A stretch of 64,000 bases of DNA from Haliotis rufescens (taxonomy: Eukaryota). Both the position numbers and the translations under genes were made by a program. The stretch lies in assembly GCF_023055435.1 (NCBI RefSeq), contig NW_025963779.1, forward strand, positions 89,838,001-89,902,000, written 5' to 3'. Position 1 is the first letter of the stretch, and each line of letters begins with the position of its first letter. The notes under the pieces were generated by a model. That model was given only the letters and a program-made list of their open reading frames with translations. It was not told where the DNA came from and searched no databases. This document shows, one piece after another, positions 21,201 to 36,200 of the stretch.

Positions 21201-24200
21201 CATCACTCACCTCTGTGGCAGCATTTTGAGCCTGCAGCATCGCCTGCTGGAAGAAGTCGGAAGAGATGATGGGAGGTCCACCGCTTGGATTAGCACTGGA
21301 TGTAGACGCGCCACCAGACTGGTAAAATGAAACACATACTTGGTACATTACATAGATAAGGATCTGCATCATAAATTGCAAGAATCATGTGTTATATGGC
21401 AGTGTCATTTACTGTTAACAATGATTGTCACTGTATTACATTGTTAATGTTCAGATTCAGTAGAAGTTCATTGCATTGTATTTGGACAATGATTCATTGT
21501 CAGGAAAGAAGCACTATATAATGTTAGCAGTGGTGAGGAAGTAGTTATATTCAGATGCTCAAATTATCTGTAAATTTCTGGAATAGTTTGGATGGATGTC
21601 AAGCATTATGGGAACGTGAACTATTCCGTGATGTTCTGGTGACACTGAACTGGTCAAGCAGTGTGTGAAAAGTGATGGAAAGCTGGTTAGACCATATAAG
21701 TGGAGAAGGCGCGTCCCTGTCTTTTCTCACATTTCATCTCATATTTCATGTGACATTACATCAAGACCAGCTTTCGTGTGAAGATCACTTATCACCCTGG
21801 ATTCGAAGCCTTGGCCTACCTTGGAAGTTTGACCATTGTTGCGGATAGGTGAATATTATTACCAGTGATCTTTTTGATATCACTACTGCCATCATATTTT
21901 GTATCTCATTCTGCCATTGAATGTTTTGTAAACCTAGTTAATTATGTAATACATTTGTTGACTGCATACCATTTGTTGGATGGTTTTATTCTACGGTTTT
22001 TCATACAGATTTCTTGGTTAACATATTGTTTCAATTTGGGAATCGACTTGTAACACTGGAAAATCAGTAATAGATTTTTATGCATCATTATGCAGCCAGT
22101 AATCATTGATGCACAGTATATGATGGCTGATGAAAAAAGTGTGAAAACGTTAACTTAGTGCTTCTGCACCTAATTAAAAGTATGTATTTTGAGGTCTGTA
22201 GTTGAAACCCAAAATAATCTTAAAAGGGGGCGTTGCTTAAATAGAACGACAAGCTAGGCCTGCAAGCTGATTGGACATTACCACCAGCCAGGTACAGAAT
22301 ATACATGATTGTTTATTAGTTGTGGGGAAACCTGTGTTTGTATATATAATACCGGTACGGATTCCATGCGTGTCAACAGTATGGCTAGTGGGTCCGTGTC
22401 AAGTAACATTGATGTAAGGTGAACTATATAGCTTCAACATTGGAAGATATTTTCCTTTTAAATATTAGGGCCACATGTTCAACCCCTACCCCTCCTCAAC
22501 TCAATCCATGCCGTTATAAAGATAGACATTAAGACAGTCTGTATAACCAATTACTGCTAATAAACCAGAACGATATTTGTCTCCCCTACAGTCACTCATC
22601 TCTCACCAACATGTAACTGCAGTAGATTATAGCATAATGTATGCCAGCAGTCAGTCCAGGTATCATAAAACACTCAGCTATGTGATAAGTGACACGGACT
22701 CACAGTCTATGACATGTTGCTTCATCTTTGTAGAGCAATATCAAGACTGCAACAGTATATTGTGATTTTGAGAAAAATATACTATACAAATGATTGAAAC
22801 GAACCAATCTGTGTTTTGCAATCACTATATAATCTATCTGTCCAAGAGGGAGATAATCCTGATTATTTTCGTCACTATTGTCCTCCAGGCAGGGGTTCAC
22901 TTGTACTGTTTCCACTATCACCAAATCATCTTCTGAGAAACATGCACATTCCATAACTCAACAACTTTTGTCACTGTCAGAGTCGGACATATCGGCAGAT
23001 TGTGATCAGGATACCACAAAGTATGTACTAAGTAAGTACTAGCAATTTTTTATATACAGGAAAGTCTCCCCAAAAAAATATGAAATGACACGTAAACAAG
23101 GAACACAATTGAAGAAATAGTATCTTTAGCACACTGTTTTCTCACTGAATAGAGAACTCAATGTGTGATGTAAATGGCCTTTGTCACATTTCAGTTTTAG
23201 AAAGAGAGAGGATTATATATTAATCCTTGAATCCCACTCATACAAAGGAAAGTACAGTGTACAAATGTTCATTGCTTATTGTGGAAAGGAGAATGTCTAG
23301 GGCTTAAAAAGGGTTGGGAATAGGTTAGCTTTGCCAAGAAGGTGTGCAGCCAACCATGACCGTGAACAGAGGATTGCCTGCTTGAGTGTGAACGGAGGGG
23401 CAGGCTTGTACGATCAAGCATGTAATTTTGGAGGTAGCTTGCGTGATCACTAGAATACATGAGACCTTCTTAATCAGTTGGATGAAGTGGAAAATGCTGT
23501 TGGTTCTTGTAAAATTGTTGCTGTGCCTGTGCTGTTATTGACATCAACAGCGTAATTAAACAGAACAGTACCATTCTCAGTAAACAAAAAAAGATAGCAA
23601 TAAATAAATTTGAATAATTTCGTTCCTTGTACATTGTAAAGAGAAAGTTATTAAATCCTAAGATACAATCTGTCAACGAGAGTTCCAGCTGGGCTTACCC
23701 TTGGACTCGAGCCTTGTGCGGCTTGAAGTGCAGCTGCCAGCTGTGATGCTGTGATGCCCTGACCTCCACCCACCGTGCCAGACTGACAACAGATCAACAA
23801 GCTCACACTCAGTACAGAAGCACACTGCCCATCAAACGCTTATCCCTTTTAGCAGAAAATGTTTCTTAGTCTTATCAACCATCTTTAGAGTCAACTAACC
23901 GAAGATACCACTTCGTTTCAGTAAAAGCAGTCAATTCATGTCACATAAAATACAGAGGATTCGTTTGAATGTTATATGTTAATTGGGGTGTAATGTCTCT
24001 TTAAACAGCATTGCAGTTTGACCAGGGCACGATCTTGTAAACATGTTTCGGTTCGATTTCCATGTTAGACATTCAAACAGGAGGACACGCTTCTGTATAA
24101 CAACTTCTTATTGTGATTTATGACCCGTTGCCGTGTTTATTCTAGAGAGTAGCATTGTCGCTTCTATTTAAATAATGACAATAATTATAAAGTGGGGCAG

Positions 24201-27200
24201 CAGGGCTCCACTAGCTGCTATGTTCACATGTTCCCCCTATTTCAGGCTTCCCTTAAGGGAGGGACACCGAGTTACCCTGGAATATTGACAAAAACAATAA
24301 AGATGTTATCCATTGATGTGGGAGGAAAGCCCACTGAGATGCAGGTCTCAGACAAGCATGGGTACTGACAGACCTATGGTCAGCATAGGCAGATCCAGAG
24401 GGGTGGTCCAGGGGTTCCGGATGCCACCTTTTGAAAAATGCTGTATCTGCCCTTGGTCAGTGTGAATGCCAATTTAACCAACAACTTGCCTACACCAAGG
24501 GATGTAACTCTTCACACCAAGTTGCAGTGCTCTCGGCAGGCAAATTGGGAAAAATTATTATTTTGTTCAAAATTGGGACATTTCTTTTAAGATCTTATTT
24601 TCTTTATTTTAGGGTATTTCAACATTGTGTTATAACATTGCATTCAAATATTTACATGACATGGGATTATTATTATTCTAATTTGGGAATTTTAACCGAC
24701 ATGTACTGGCGACTTCATGAATATTCCCTGCATATCTGTAATTCTGCCACCCATGCCCTCTCATGTGATAAACAAGGCAAACCCCTTTTGGGAAGGAAGG
24801 ACAAACAACAGGACATCGATCATCCCTCATTATCCAGTGCATTAGGTCTTCATTCTATGAGGACAAATACCTTGGACTCATCACCATAGCTTGTAGTGAG
24901 ACCTATTTGAATGACAGTCTGAACACTCTTCTGATATAAGTAAATATACTGATAGCTTGCACTTACAAGATGATGATTTTCACGAAGTGGATTAACGCCA
25001 AGCTTTGAGCTGCCAAGAGCTGCTTTGATTGCTCGTTGATTTCTTGCTTAGAGCGAGAGACATCCTGTGCTAAGATGGTGATAAGAGAGATTGAGATAGT
25101 GACGTCACTTCCGTGACGAAGCTATGGTGGCGAATGTAGACATAATACCGGTACACAGGCCAACTGAAGATAGAGATGTAACTTGATGACCTTTTGGGCC
25201 ATTGGGTACTCACCGGTGGGCCCGCATCCTCCTCTTCATCTGACATCTGGTCCAGAGAGTATGTCCCTACAAGATGACATGTAACCATAGTAACAGTGCC
25301 AAAAATCATCAATCGACAACAGACCCCGAACCATTCCCACTAAGCAGCTGTCAAATCAATACTTGATGTGAATCGGGGGGGAAAAAGGGAGTTTTTCTGA
25401 ATGTTTTTAGAGATGTTGAATATGCAGTAAAACAGGGGTACCCAAAACAATGAATCAAAATATGAAAAAACCTGTATTTTATGTTACCCTGCACAACACA
25501 CACTTACTGCAAATCAAATTTTACAATGATATGGCCGACTCATAACAAAACAATTCAAATGGGATTGGAATTCTTTTTTCAGAGACACCACAGCTGGGAT
25601 TATTAAAAACAAAGCTTCAGCTCCATGGGCCTTATAGTTTCAAAGACATTGAGCTAAATATCACATGATCTGCTGTTTGTTTTCTTTCGATACACAAGAC
25701 CAATGAATGTTATGCTTAGTGTCATCCAATCACAGCTTCAAGATATCAGTCACTGCCTCCTCACTGTGGGAGACAGGAACCCAGGCAACTCCAGATCTTG
25801 ATTTCAGTGTATACATATGCTGTTCAAATTACATTGTTTATGATACATGCATTGATCTGGCAAGTGGAATGTCCTGTACACCACACGATGACAACTGTTG
25901 ATTTGTAAATATACCAAGATCACATGAATATAATGGGACGGATGATGCATGTAAATCTTAAATTGACTGACTAATTGGGGAAAAAAGCAGCTGTAGCCTG
26001 CTTGTACATGCTGGGGACAGTATGCTAACCTGTAGAGACTCGGGCAGCGTCCTTGGAGCCCTCCTCATTGACAGCTGCTGCTATTGTGATGGCGGCATTG
26101 CCGAATGATGGATGTTTCTCCAGCAACCTACAAATGATATGGGTCATGAGGCAACATACCACAGCCCTGGTTGGAGACTGGTGGGCGGGGTATAAAGGTA
26201 AAATACTACATCCCTGGTTGGAGACTGGTGGGCGGGGTAAAAAGGTAAAATACTACAGCTCTGGTTGGAGACTGGTGGGCGGGGTATAAAGGCAACATAC
26301 CACAGCCCTGGTTGGAGACTGGTGGGTGGGGTATAAAGGCAACATACTACAGCCCTGGTTGGAGACTGGTGGGTGGGGTATAAAGGCAACATACCACGGC
26401 CCTGGTTGGAGACTGGTGGGTGGGGTAAAAAGGTAAAATACTACAGCTCTGGTTGGAGACTGGTGGGCGGGGTATAAAGGCAACATACCACAGCCCTGGT
26501 TGGAGACTGGTGGGTGGGGTATAAAGGCAACATACCACAGCCCTGATTGGAGACTGGTGGGCGGGGTATAAAGGCAACATACCACAGCCCTGGTTGGAGA
26601 CTGGTGGTAGGGGTAAAAAGGCAACATACCACAGCCCTGATTGGAGACTGGTGGGTTGGGTGAAAAGGCAACATATCACAGCCCTGGTTGAAGACTGGTG
26701 GTAGGGGTAAAAAGGCAACATACCACAGCCCTGGTTGGAGACTGGTGGGTGGGGTATAAAGGCAACATACCACAGCCCTGATTGGAGACTGGTGGGCGGG
26801 GTATAAAGGCAACATACCACAGCCCTGGTTGGAGACTGGTGGGTGGGGTATAAAGGCAACATACCACAGCCCTGATTGGAGACTGGTGGGTGGGGTAAAA
26901 AGGCAACATACTACAGCCCTGGTTGGAGACTGGTGGTAGGGGTAAAAAGGCAACATACCACACTGACGGGTGGGGTGAAAAGGCAACATATCACAGCCTT
27001 GGTTGGAGACTGGTGATAGGGGTAAAAAGGCAACATACCACACTGGTGGGTGGGGTGAAAAGGCAACATATCACAGCCTTGGTTGGAGACTGGTGGTAGG
27101 GGTAAAAAGGCAACATACCACAGCCCTGGTTGAAGACTGGTGGTAGGGGTAAAAGGCAACATATCACAGCCCTGGTTGGAGACTGGTGGGCGGGGTATAA

Positions 27201-30200
27201 AGGCAACATACCACAGCCCTGGTTGGAGACTGGTGGGTGGGGTATAAAGGCAACATACCACAGCCCTGATTGGAGACTGGTGGGTGGGGTAAAAAGGCAA
27301 CATACTACAGCCCTGGTTGGAGACTGGTGGTAGGGGTAAAAAGGCAACATACCACACTGGTGGGTGGGGTGAAAAGGCAACATATCACAGCCTTGGTTGG
27401 AGACTGGTGGTAGGGGTAAAAAGGCAACATACCACACTGGTGGGTGGGGTGAAAAGGCAACATATCACAGCCTTGGTTGGAGACTGGTGGTAGGGGTAAA
27501 AAGGCAACATACCACAGCCCTGGTTGGAGACTGGTGGGTGGGGTATAAAGGCAACATACTACAGCCCTGATTGGAGACTGGTGGGTGGGGTATAAAGGCA
27601 ACATACCACAGCCCTGGTTGGAGACTGGTGGTAGGGGTAAAAAGGCAACATACCACAGCCCTGATTGGAGACTGGTGGGTTGGGTATAAAGGCAACATAC
27701 CACAGCCCTGGTTGGAGACTGGTGGGCGGGGTATAAAGGCAACATACCACAGCCCTGGTTGGAGACTGGTGGGTGGGGTATAAAGGCAACATACCACAGC
27801 CCTGATTGGAGACTGGTGGGTGGGGTAAAAAGGCAACATACTACAGCCTTGGTTGGAGACTGGTGGTAGGGGTAAAAAGGCAACATACCACACTGGTGGG
27901 TGGGGTGAAAAGGCAACATATCACAGCCTTGGTTGGAGACTGGTGGTAGGGGTAAAAAGGCAACATACCACACTGGTGGGTGGGGTGAAAAGGCAACATA
28001 TCACAGCCTTGGTTGGAGACTGGTGGTAGGGGTAAAAAGGCAACATACCACACTGACGGGTGGGGTGAAAAGGCAACATACCACAGCCCTGGTTGGAGAC
28101 TGGTGGGTGGGGTATAAAGGCAACATACCACAGCCCTGGTTGGAGACTGGTGGGTGGGGTATAAAGGCAACATACCACAGCCCTGGTTGGAGACTGGTGG
28201 GCGGGGTATAAAGGCAACATACCACAGCCCTGGTTGGAGACTGGTGGGTGGGGTATCAAGGCAACATACTACAGCCCTGATTGGAGACTGGTGGGTGGGG
28301 TATAAAGGCAACATACCACAGCCCTGGTTGGAGACTGGTGGTAGGGGTAAAAAGGCAACATACCACAGCCCTGATTGGAGACTGGTGGGTTGGGTGAAAA
28401 GGCAACATATCACAGCCCTGGTTGAAGACTGGTGGTAGGGGTAAAAAGGCAACATACCACAGCCCTGGTTGAAGACTGGAGTAGGGGACAAGTGCAGAAG
28501 GGAAACCAAATAGCGCTTACTTTCCCTTGCCCTCAATTAAATACTTGTTTCCAATTTCATTATTTGGTGCATTTTGAATAAATACAAAACCTTCATCTAA
28601 CTGAGTAATTTTACAATACACACCATGGTGGTGTTATGTTTTACTGTGTAAAAAGCGATCACACTGCTTACCCCTATGACTGAAGGTTCAGGTATCACAA
28701 ATTTTACACCTGGGTTTGATTCCCCTCATGGGTACAATGTGTGAAACCCTTTTCCAGAGATATTGCCAGAATCGGGCTAAAGGCAGCATAAAACCATACT
28801 AATTCACTCACTTTTTCTATGGGCAGGTTATATAATTTCTAAATCAGCAGTAATGGTAACAAATGAATTAGAGTGAGTGAGTGAGTGAGTGAGTGAGTGA
28901 GTGAGACAGCTACCATACACAGAAACCAACGAGCATGGGTGTGATGCTGACTAACATGAAAACATAAATCACTGGGATTCGAACCAACGATTATAGGTTT
29001 CTGGCCTGAGAAACAAAGTCAATTTGTTCAGCAAACTGAGGTGCCTTAGACAATTGGACCACCCATGACTCAGGGAAGCACTATAGTATAACCTTTGAGA
29101 CTCATATTGAAGTGATTTAGCAGTGAAATGGGTACTTACTTTGAAATGTTCTGTGGATGCGCTAGGATAGTGAGGAGATCTGGATCTTGCAGCATTGCTG
29201 AAGAACAGGATGAGCTAAATAAAGCAAAGTATCAAGGCACAGGAGACACCTATATTCACTAATGTGAGGATGTGCAAATACGTTTTTAGAAAAATAGAGA
29301 ATCTCTTTTGATATCAAATATCAACATGAGCGAATAAAAGTTTAAAATTCCTTGGAAAGCCTTGAACTTTAACTGATATATTGGACATCAAAAGACACAA
29401 GGGTGAGATTCTATTTATAATCTAAAATCATTCTCCCTACCTTTTCAGGTTGTTAATATAATATATTGTGATACGGTACATATCGCAATACGGCCTTGTG
29501 CATCACAAAATATTGTGATACACTTTAAACTTCCAATACCCATCCCTAATGTTAACCAAGCATTGTGATGCAATTTCATTGTAGCAATATCTCCTCTGAT
29601 ATTTTGACAAGCATCAGTTTTTAACTTTTATTGACTTGTGTTGATACTAGATTTTATATCAAAATTTAATGGGGTTATAAGCAGAATATCTGTCCTCATA
29701 AATAGAGGCTCCATAATGGTGTGCACAACCTCCTCACTTACATCCACTGAGATCACATTTTAACAGACATGTTCAACTTTAAATTAACCAACTGAAAATG
29801 ACATTTACACACGACAGGTGAGTAACCCTGTTATCTTAGAGAGAGGAAAAGCTCAAGTGACTCACAGATAGCCACAGGGTCGCTGTCAAGACCGGGCGTG
29901 GCTGCAATGATGTTCTCGATGGTGTCTGGATCTGTCAGCATCTTCTCCACCTGCCAACAATACCAGAGATTGAAACTGTGGAGTTCCGAAGTCCTTGAGG
30001 TCAGCTCTTATAGTAAATAGCCCGGGACTCCTAAATGTTCAACTTTCAACATAAGGTATAAATGTCAAGGAACCTTACTTTCATGCCTAATTTCGACAAA
30101 TATACCTGATTGACAACTAACTTCACAGTCGGCATGGCCTGACTTCAATTCACATACAAAATGAACTTACTTGCAAAGTTAGTCAAACTGGAATGTTTCA

Positions 30201-33200
30201 AGGCAATTTTCAAATTAGTGTTCATGCCAACATAAGTATTATATTTTAGATTTTGAAAAATTAGTGTTCAATAGTGTACTATATACATTCACCTGCAAAA
30301 CACAAACTGGGCAAACATATTTGAGCTCATGTAAATCTCTGTATACATTCACCTACAAAAACACAAACTGGGCAAATATATTTGAGTTCATGTAAATCTC
30401 TGTATACATTCACCTACAAAAACACAAACTGGGCAAATATATTTGAGTTCATGTAAATCTCTGTATACATTCACCTACAAAAACACAAACTGGGCAAATA
30501 TATTTGAGTTCATGTAAATCTCTGACTGTGACTTAAGTCATAATGACTCATCTAATTCCAAAACAGGACTGGCTTAATCCCACATATCAATTCAAATAAA
30601 ATGTTGTCTCTTATAGCATTTGTATAGTTTATATGAAAATATTGGAAATTTTAGTTTAAATTGTACATATCTTCTTTCTTCTTCGATCCTATGCGGAAAC
30701 AAGCTTGAACCATGCTTCCAGCTTCTAAACCAAACACTTTACCCGAACACACTCCAGCATCCCTGTGGTTACTGACCAGTGACTGTGTCAATTACATGCT
30801 CCGTGCACAGTAAGCTTTTACGACCCAATCGTATGGGTATAGATTTAATATCAAAATCTATTGGAGTTATAAGATGAACATTTATACTCATAAATAGGAG
30901 GTCAATCACCTCATCACTTACATCCACTGAGACCATATTTTAACAGACATGTACTATTATGAATTAACTAACTGAAAATGACATTAACATACAAAAGTGA
31001 GTATAACAAGCCCTATGTAGGTGAGTACCCTGCTACCCTGTGTGTATCTCTGCCAACTCTTTCTCTTTTGTAGAGCTATCAGGAACCAAGATGCGGGCAT
31101 GCTCAGGTGGGTATATCGTGTGTGATAAATATATACATATACTCTTTCTACTAAACATTTCTACACTTATCCTATCTCACACGTGCATGTATAGATTCTG
31201 GTGTGTTTGTATTAATTGTGAATATATTGTGAGAAAATCAAACTTGAACATACAAAACATAACATGTCAAAAATCTACTTATTCTTACCATGCTTCAGTA
31301 CAGTAAACATCAAGAACACACAGAGATCAACAATGTTGTCAACACACTAGTTTAAACGCTCCATTATTTTTCAGGAATGGAGAGATGTTTGTCAGTTATA
31401 CATTATCTTGAAACAACATTTCAATTAATTTTGCATTTTGAAATTGACAGAACAAATTTATAAATAATTTGACAAGTGAATAATTTCAAATTTTATCGGA
31501 AAACGTCTGTTGCCAGCAGGGGTTCGAACCCACATTGTTTGATTTAGGGATGTGTGTAATTTAAGACCTCAGCTTCAGTGACACATGAGGGTATGGCCTG
31601 AAAGTATCTATTTAATATATGTATTCCATATTTTTTTGCATAATGCTTAAAAGCTCAAAAATAATATACATATGGATATAATGTTATGTTAGATAAACCC
31701 TTGACGAGAAAATAAATAAATAAATAAATAAATATATATATATCCTTGTTTGGGGCTCCATGTTTCCAATAATCCCTGTCAGCATGTATTTACAATGTGC
31801 AAGCGATTGATAAAATACTGGTTTAGGACCACACAAAATTATGAAGAACCGTGTACCATGTATTGTCCATATCAGCTCGCGACGGAGCTTGGTGCACGTG
31901 CAACAGCGGCAGAGAACGTTTTCCTCGTGCATCATGCAAGGGTGTCTCATGTAGTATAAATAGAGACTACAAACAGTTCTGGTTTATTTTTCTAATGTTT
32001 TCCACAAGAGAATATCTTGTCAAAGAGTAAAAGTAGGGATGCGTTTTAAGTAGGGTAATATCCCCGTAACTCTCTATTCCTTAAAAATAATGGGCTTCGG
32101 GTCCACTATTTTAAAGGAACTGTGGGTCACGAGGACATTCCCCTCTACATCTATACATGGTTATGAATTAATTGTTCTATAATGCTTAAAAAAGAACCGA
32201 TATATCCAGTTTGTGTATGTGTTCATGGAGTACCAATATGGAAATAGACATGTCAGCTATGATGTGGGTACATTCGTAATGATAAGACTTTTTACCTCTC
32301 GTTTCCATATAACCAATTTTCATGAGTCACTGACATTAGACTTTCACTTTTTTCTACATGACACAAATTACAATTAACCTATTGTTAACCAAAATTGAGA
32401 ATACATTGCAAAATGCAACATTTATATAAAGTTTACTTAGTATCTCGACCGTAATACCTTGTTCAGCCCATGAATGAATCACATCAGGCTACTGATTCTA
32501 CAAGTTGTACAAGCCAGCAGAAGTGAACATCGCACAATGCTCTTGGAACAACAACCCACCAGAAAGTGAATGTTGCACAACGCTTTTGGAATGACAACCC
32601 AGCAGGAAGTGAATGCGGCATAACACTCTACGAACAACAACCTAGCAGAAAGTGAATGTCTCACAATGCTCTTGTAACAGCTACATGTTCTACAACTACC
32701 CAACAGAAAGGCAATGTCTCACAATGCTCTTGTAACAGCTACATGTTCTACAACTACCCAACAGAAAGGCAATGTCTCACAATGCTCTTGGAACAGCTAC
32801 ATGTTCTACAACTACCCAACAGAAAGGCAATGTCTCACAATGCTCTTGTAACAGCTACATGTTCTACAACTACCCAACAGAAAGGCAATGTCTCACAATG
32901 CTCTTGTAACAGCTACATGTTCTACAACTACCCAACAGAAAGGCAATGTCTCACAATGCTCTTGGAACAGCTACATGTTCTACAACTACCCAACAGAAAG
33001 GCAATGTCTCACAATGCTCTTGTAAGCTGGGTTGAGGAGGTCACTCTGTAGAGCAGCAATAATCTCAGCTTTGCTTGGGGTGTGACTCGCAGCAGCTGCA
33101 ACAGACAAGGAAGTGGGATTCAGTCATTATCATCATCATAGGCTTTACATGGGTTAAATGTTAAACGTTTATGTTGCGAGAGCGAGACTCCATTCAAGAA

Positions 33201-36200
33201 GGCTGCAGCCAGTGAATGATCGCATTCGGTGTTACCAGTTTAACTTATAAGGTAATGCTCTCTATGTGATAGTATATGTGACGTAAGAGAGGTAGGTTGC
33301 TTGGGGAATGACCGTTGGACCTTAGTCTGGTTGAGAATGCTGCTGTGTGCACACATACATGTCTTATCGAATATATAACCAATTAAATAACCTTGACTCA
33401 AGAATGGTTGTTTTATCTCTGGGCCATATTCCGATCTAACACATGAAGCAATCTGTCCCACAGTTAAGGTACCTTTCAAGTGAACAGACATGTGAAATGA
33501 ACAGTGGTTATGGTAGTTTGCCTACATGTTAATTATCTTTACACAGGCAATTGTATTAATACAATGATCATGGGTGAGGTTTGTTCAACACCACTATGTA
33601 CTCCTATAGGGGGTTTGTCAGATCTTCGTGCAGAGAGGAATACACTTAACTATGCAACTAGTTGGGTTGAAATGATACAGCAAGGTCAAGAGCACAATAT
33701 GATATGTATCGCGATATGCATATTTACTTCAAATCGTGTTGAAACGTCTTGAATATAAATATTTCAGAGCAGGTTCAACAGGAAAAGATAGCTGCAGACA
33801 CTTGTTCATTGTGGCTCTTTGTAGTAGTGAATTTTGTTACAACACATTTTGCAATTTTTGACTGACAAAAATGGTGGGGATTCATTTAACGATGTATTTA
33901 AGCATGTGTGTTATCATGTATTGATACAGAAAAAAATATATTGTGTATCGTATCGGAGCATGAAAACTCACACTGCACCGGTGCACCTCTAGCAACTAGT
34001 GACTGTTGCTGGTCTGATTCCTAAAGCTGTGTTTTGTACACTACCTGCTGGTTCATCTCTTATCCTCTTCTGTAACACATAGACAGTTGAGCCGGGTCTC
34101 AAACCATAAGCAGTGAGTGGTCTGCTTTCTAGTAGTCGCTGACCAGAGTATATCAATTCTGAAAAGAAATCCATAGAGATATTGTTTGTTATCTCTAGTG
34201 ACCATTATGATTCAAATACTTCTACTCCACAAGAACTACTTTCCCACAACTTCATTTCTTGACTAACCCCGCTAACAGCAGTAGTATCACTCACATGTAC
34301 CAACAAATTTGGTGTAAATCTTTGATTGAAAATTGATACATTTAATTTATTATTTATCATGATTATTGTGTTTTAGTCATGTTGTCAAGTATTATATTTT
34401 ATTTTAATAACATAACATACACATAGGGACCCAGGTTAGAATAGGTCCCCAGTACAACACTGCTGTTTACAAATTGGACCGGGTAGTTTACAAATTGATG
34501 GTTTGGTAAATTTCATGTACCAGCACGGTTTGAAATTCACAAACGGTAAGTCTGCTTGTCCAAGACTAGTAAATTTACGCAGGACTAGTGATATTTTCTT
34601 GTTGACGACCATTAGTTGCCAATAAATACATGGCAACTTTGCTGTATATCGTTTTTGCAGAATATTGAAAATAAACTAATTTCTAACTTGTCTAACCCTG
34701 CTAAGTGACCATATCCTGATGAACATTTCTCATAATAACAATAACTGGTCAAGTGGTTTGCCTGGAACAGATACCATTATTTATATGGTCTCATTATATA
34801 GGCGTAAATTTGCAGACTGTGGTATAAAAACAACAACAAACAATACAAAATTTTCAAAATGCTACAATAAATATGGTAAATGTCAAATAAAACAGTATCA
34901 GAATTCTAGTAAGAAAACTAAAAGTTGCTTTAAGGGAATAGTTCCTTTCCTCAGGCAAAGATGGTGTACAATTTTACAATCGAATAATGAAATATAATTA
35001 AAATAACTATCTCAGGTGGTAGGACTACATGTGTTTTACATTCAAAATGTTCAATTGTCTGTTGGAACGAGACTACTATACTACTGTGTTGAGGATAAGA
35101 ACAAATTCAGTGATAGTAGGTCTCATTGACTAGTAGCATTTGAGGGCAATACTATTCTGACCCAGATCTCAATGCTTCAATTTTGCTACAAATTGGAACT
35201 GAATAAAACTGACAGAAAATGTAAACATTGTGAAAAATATTTGTCTCATCCCAAGCTGGATCAGATACAAACAAATTAAGGTTTATTTTCACAAATTTCT
35301 AAGGCTGTGTGACCTAGATTCAACCATGATGTCTACATTATTATCGAATGAGTGTAAAACATGCTAAATGAGAGATGTTCAGTCAGGAATACGAGACGAG
35401 ATCAATCATTTCATCAAGAAAGAAAGACATGATGGAAGGATGAAATTGACATCAGAATGTGTAGACACCCTTTCTGTAAAAAAATGTGTTTCCTGTTGTC
35501 TAAATTCTACCTCCTGGTTGGTTGCATACACACACTGTCACTACAGCGACAGCAGGCTACAACAAACTGCTCAAGTCACAGCAATGAGCAAATGGAAAGG
35601 TACTCTCTCCTACCCAGAGTTCTTAGCGGCCAACCTACTACCCCTGCCTTTTCGATTACAGAATCTTTATGCCACCCAATAGTATCATAAAAGATATATA
35701 TATATATTATGTACTGGCTAGCATGGCTAGCATACAGTTATCACTGAGGACCAATTATCATGATTATCTCCAACACCCTGTTATATATGGCTCATGTGAT
35801 CGCATCATGTTTTACTTTTGCTCATTTTCAACAGAAGAAATATTCATCCGAAAATGATGAACAAACCTGACTTTTGTTAGGAATATTAGAAACATACTGC
35901 TTAAGCATATTGCTGAAATAAAACATTAATTTTAATGAATAATATAATTCAGTGCAATACCAGTGATAAAAAATGTAATATGTATAACTGAAGCGGAGCA
36001 CTGTTAAGACGGCTATGAGGTACAATAAGTCTACAGGAAAGCTCTATTTCCACTATTCTGATTCCCTCTTGTGGCGTAATAACAAGAAATCTATTCACAC
36101 TTTTTCCACAGACAGAAATAGGCACAATTGCTCATAGTTTCACAAAAGCATTGAAAGTCTATGGTAAATTACATTTAAAACACGGTATATTTCAGAAATA

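Noticed and set aside
26144-28536. Many Pro/Cys-rich ORFs
   Set aside because: All are frames of the 47-bp intronic minisatellite, with no unique coding sequence
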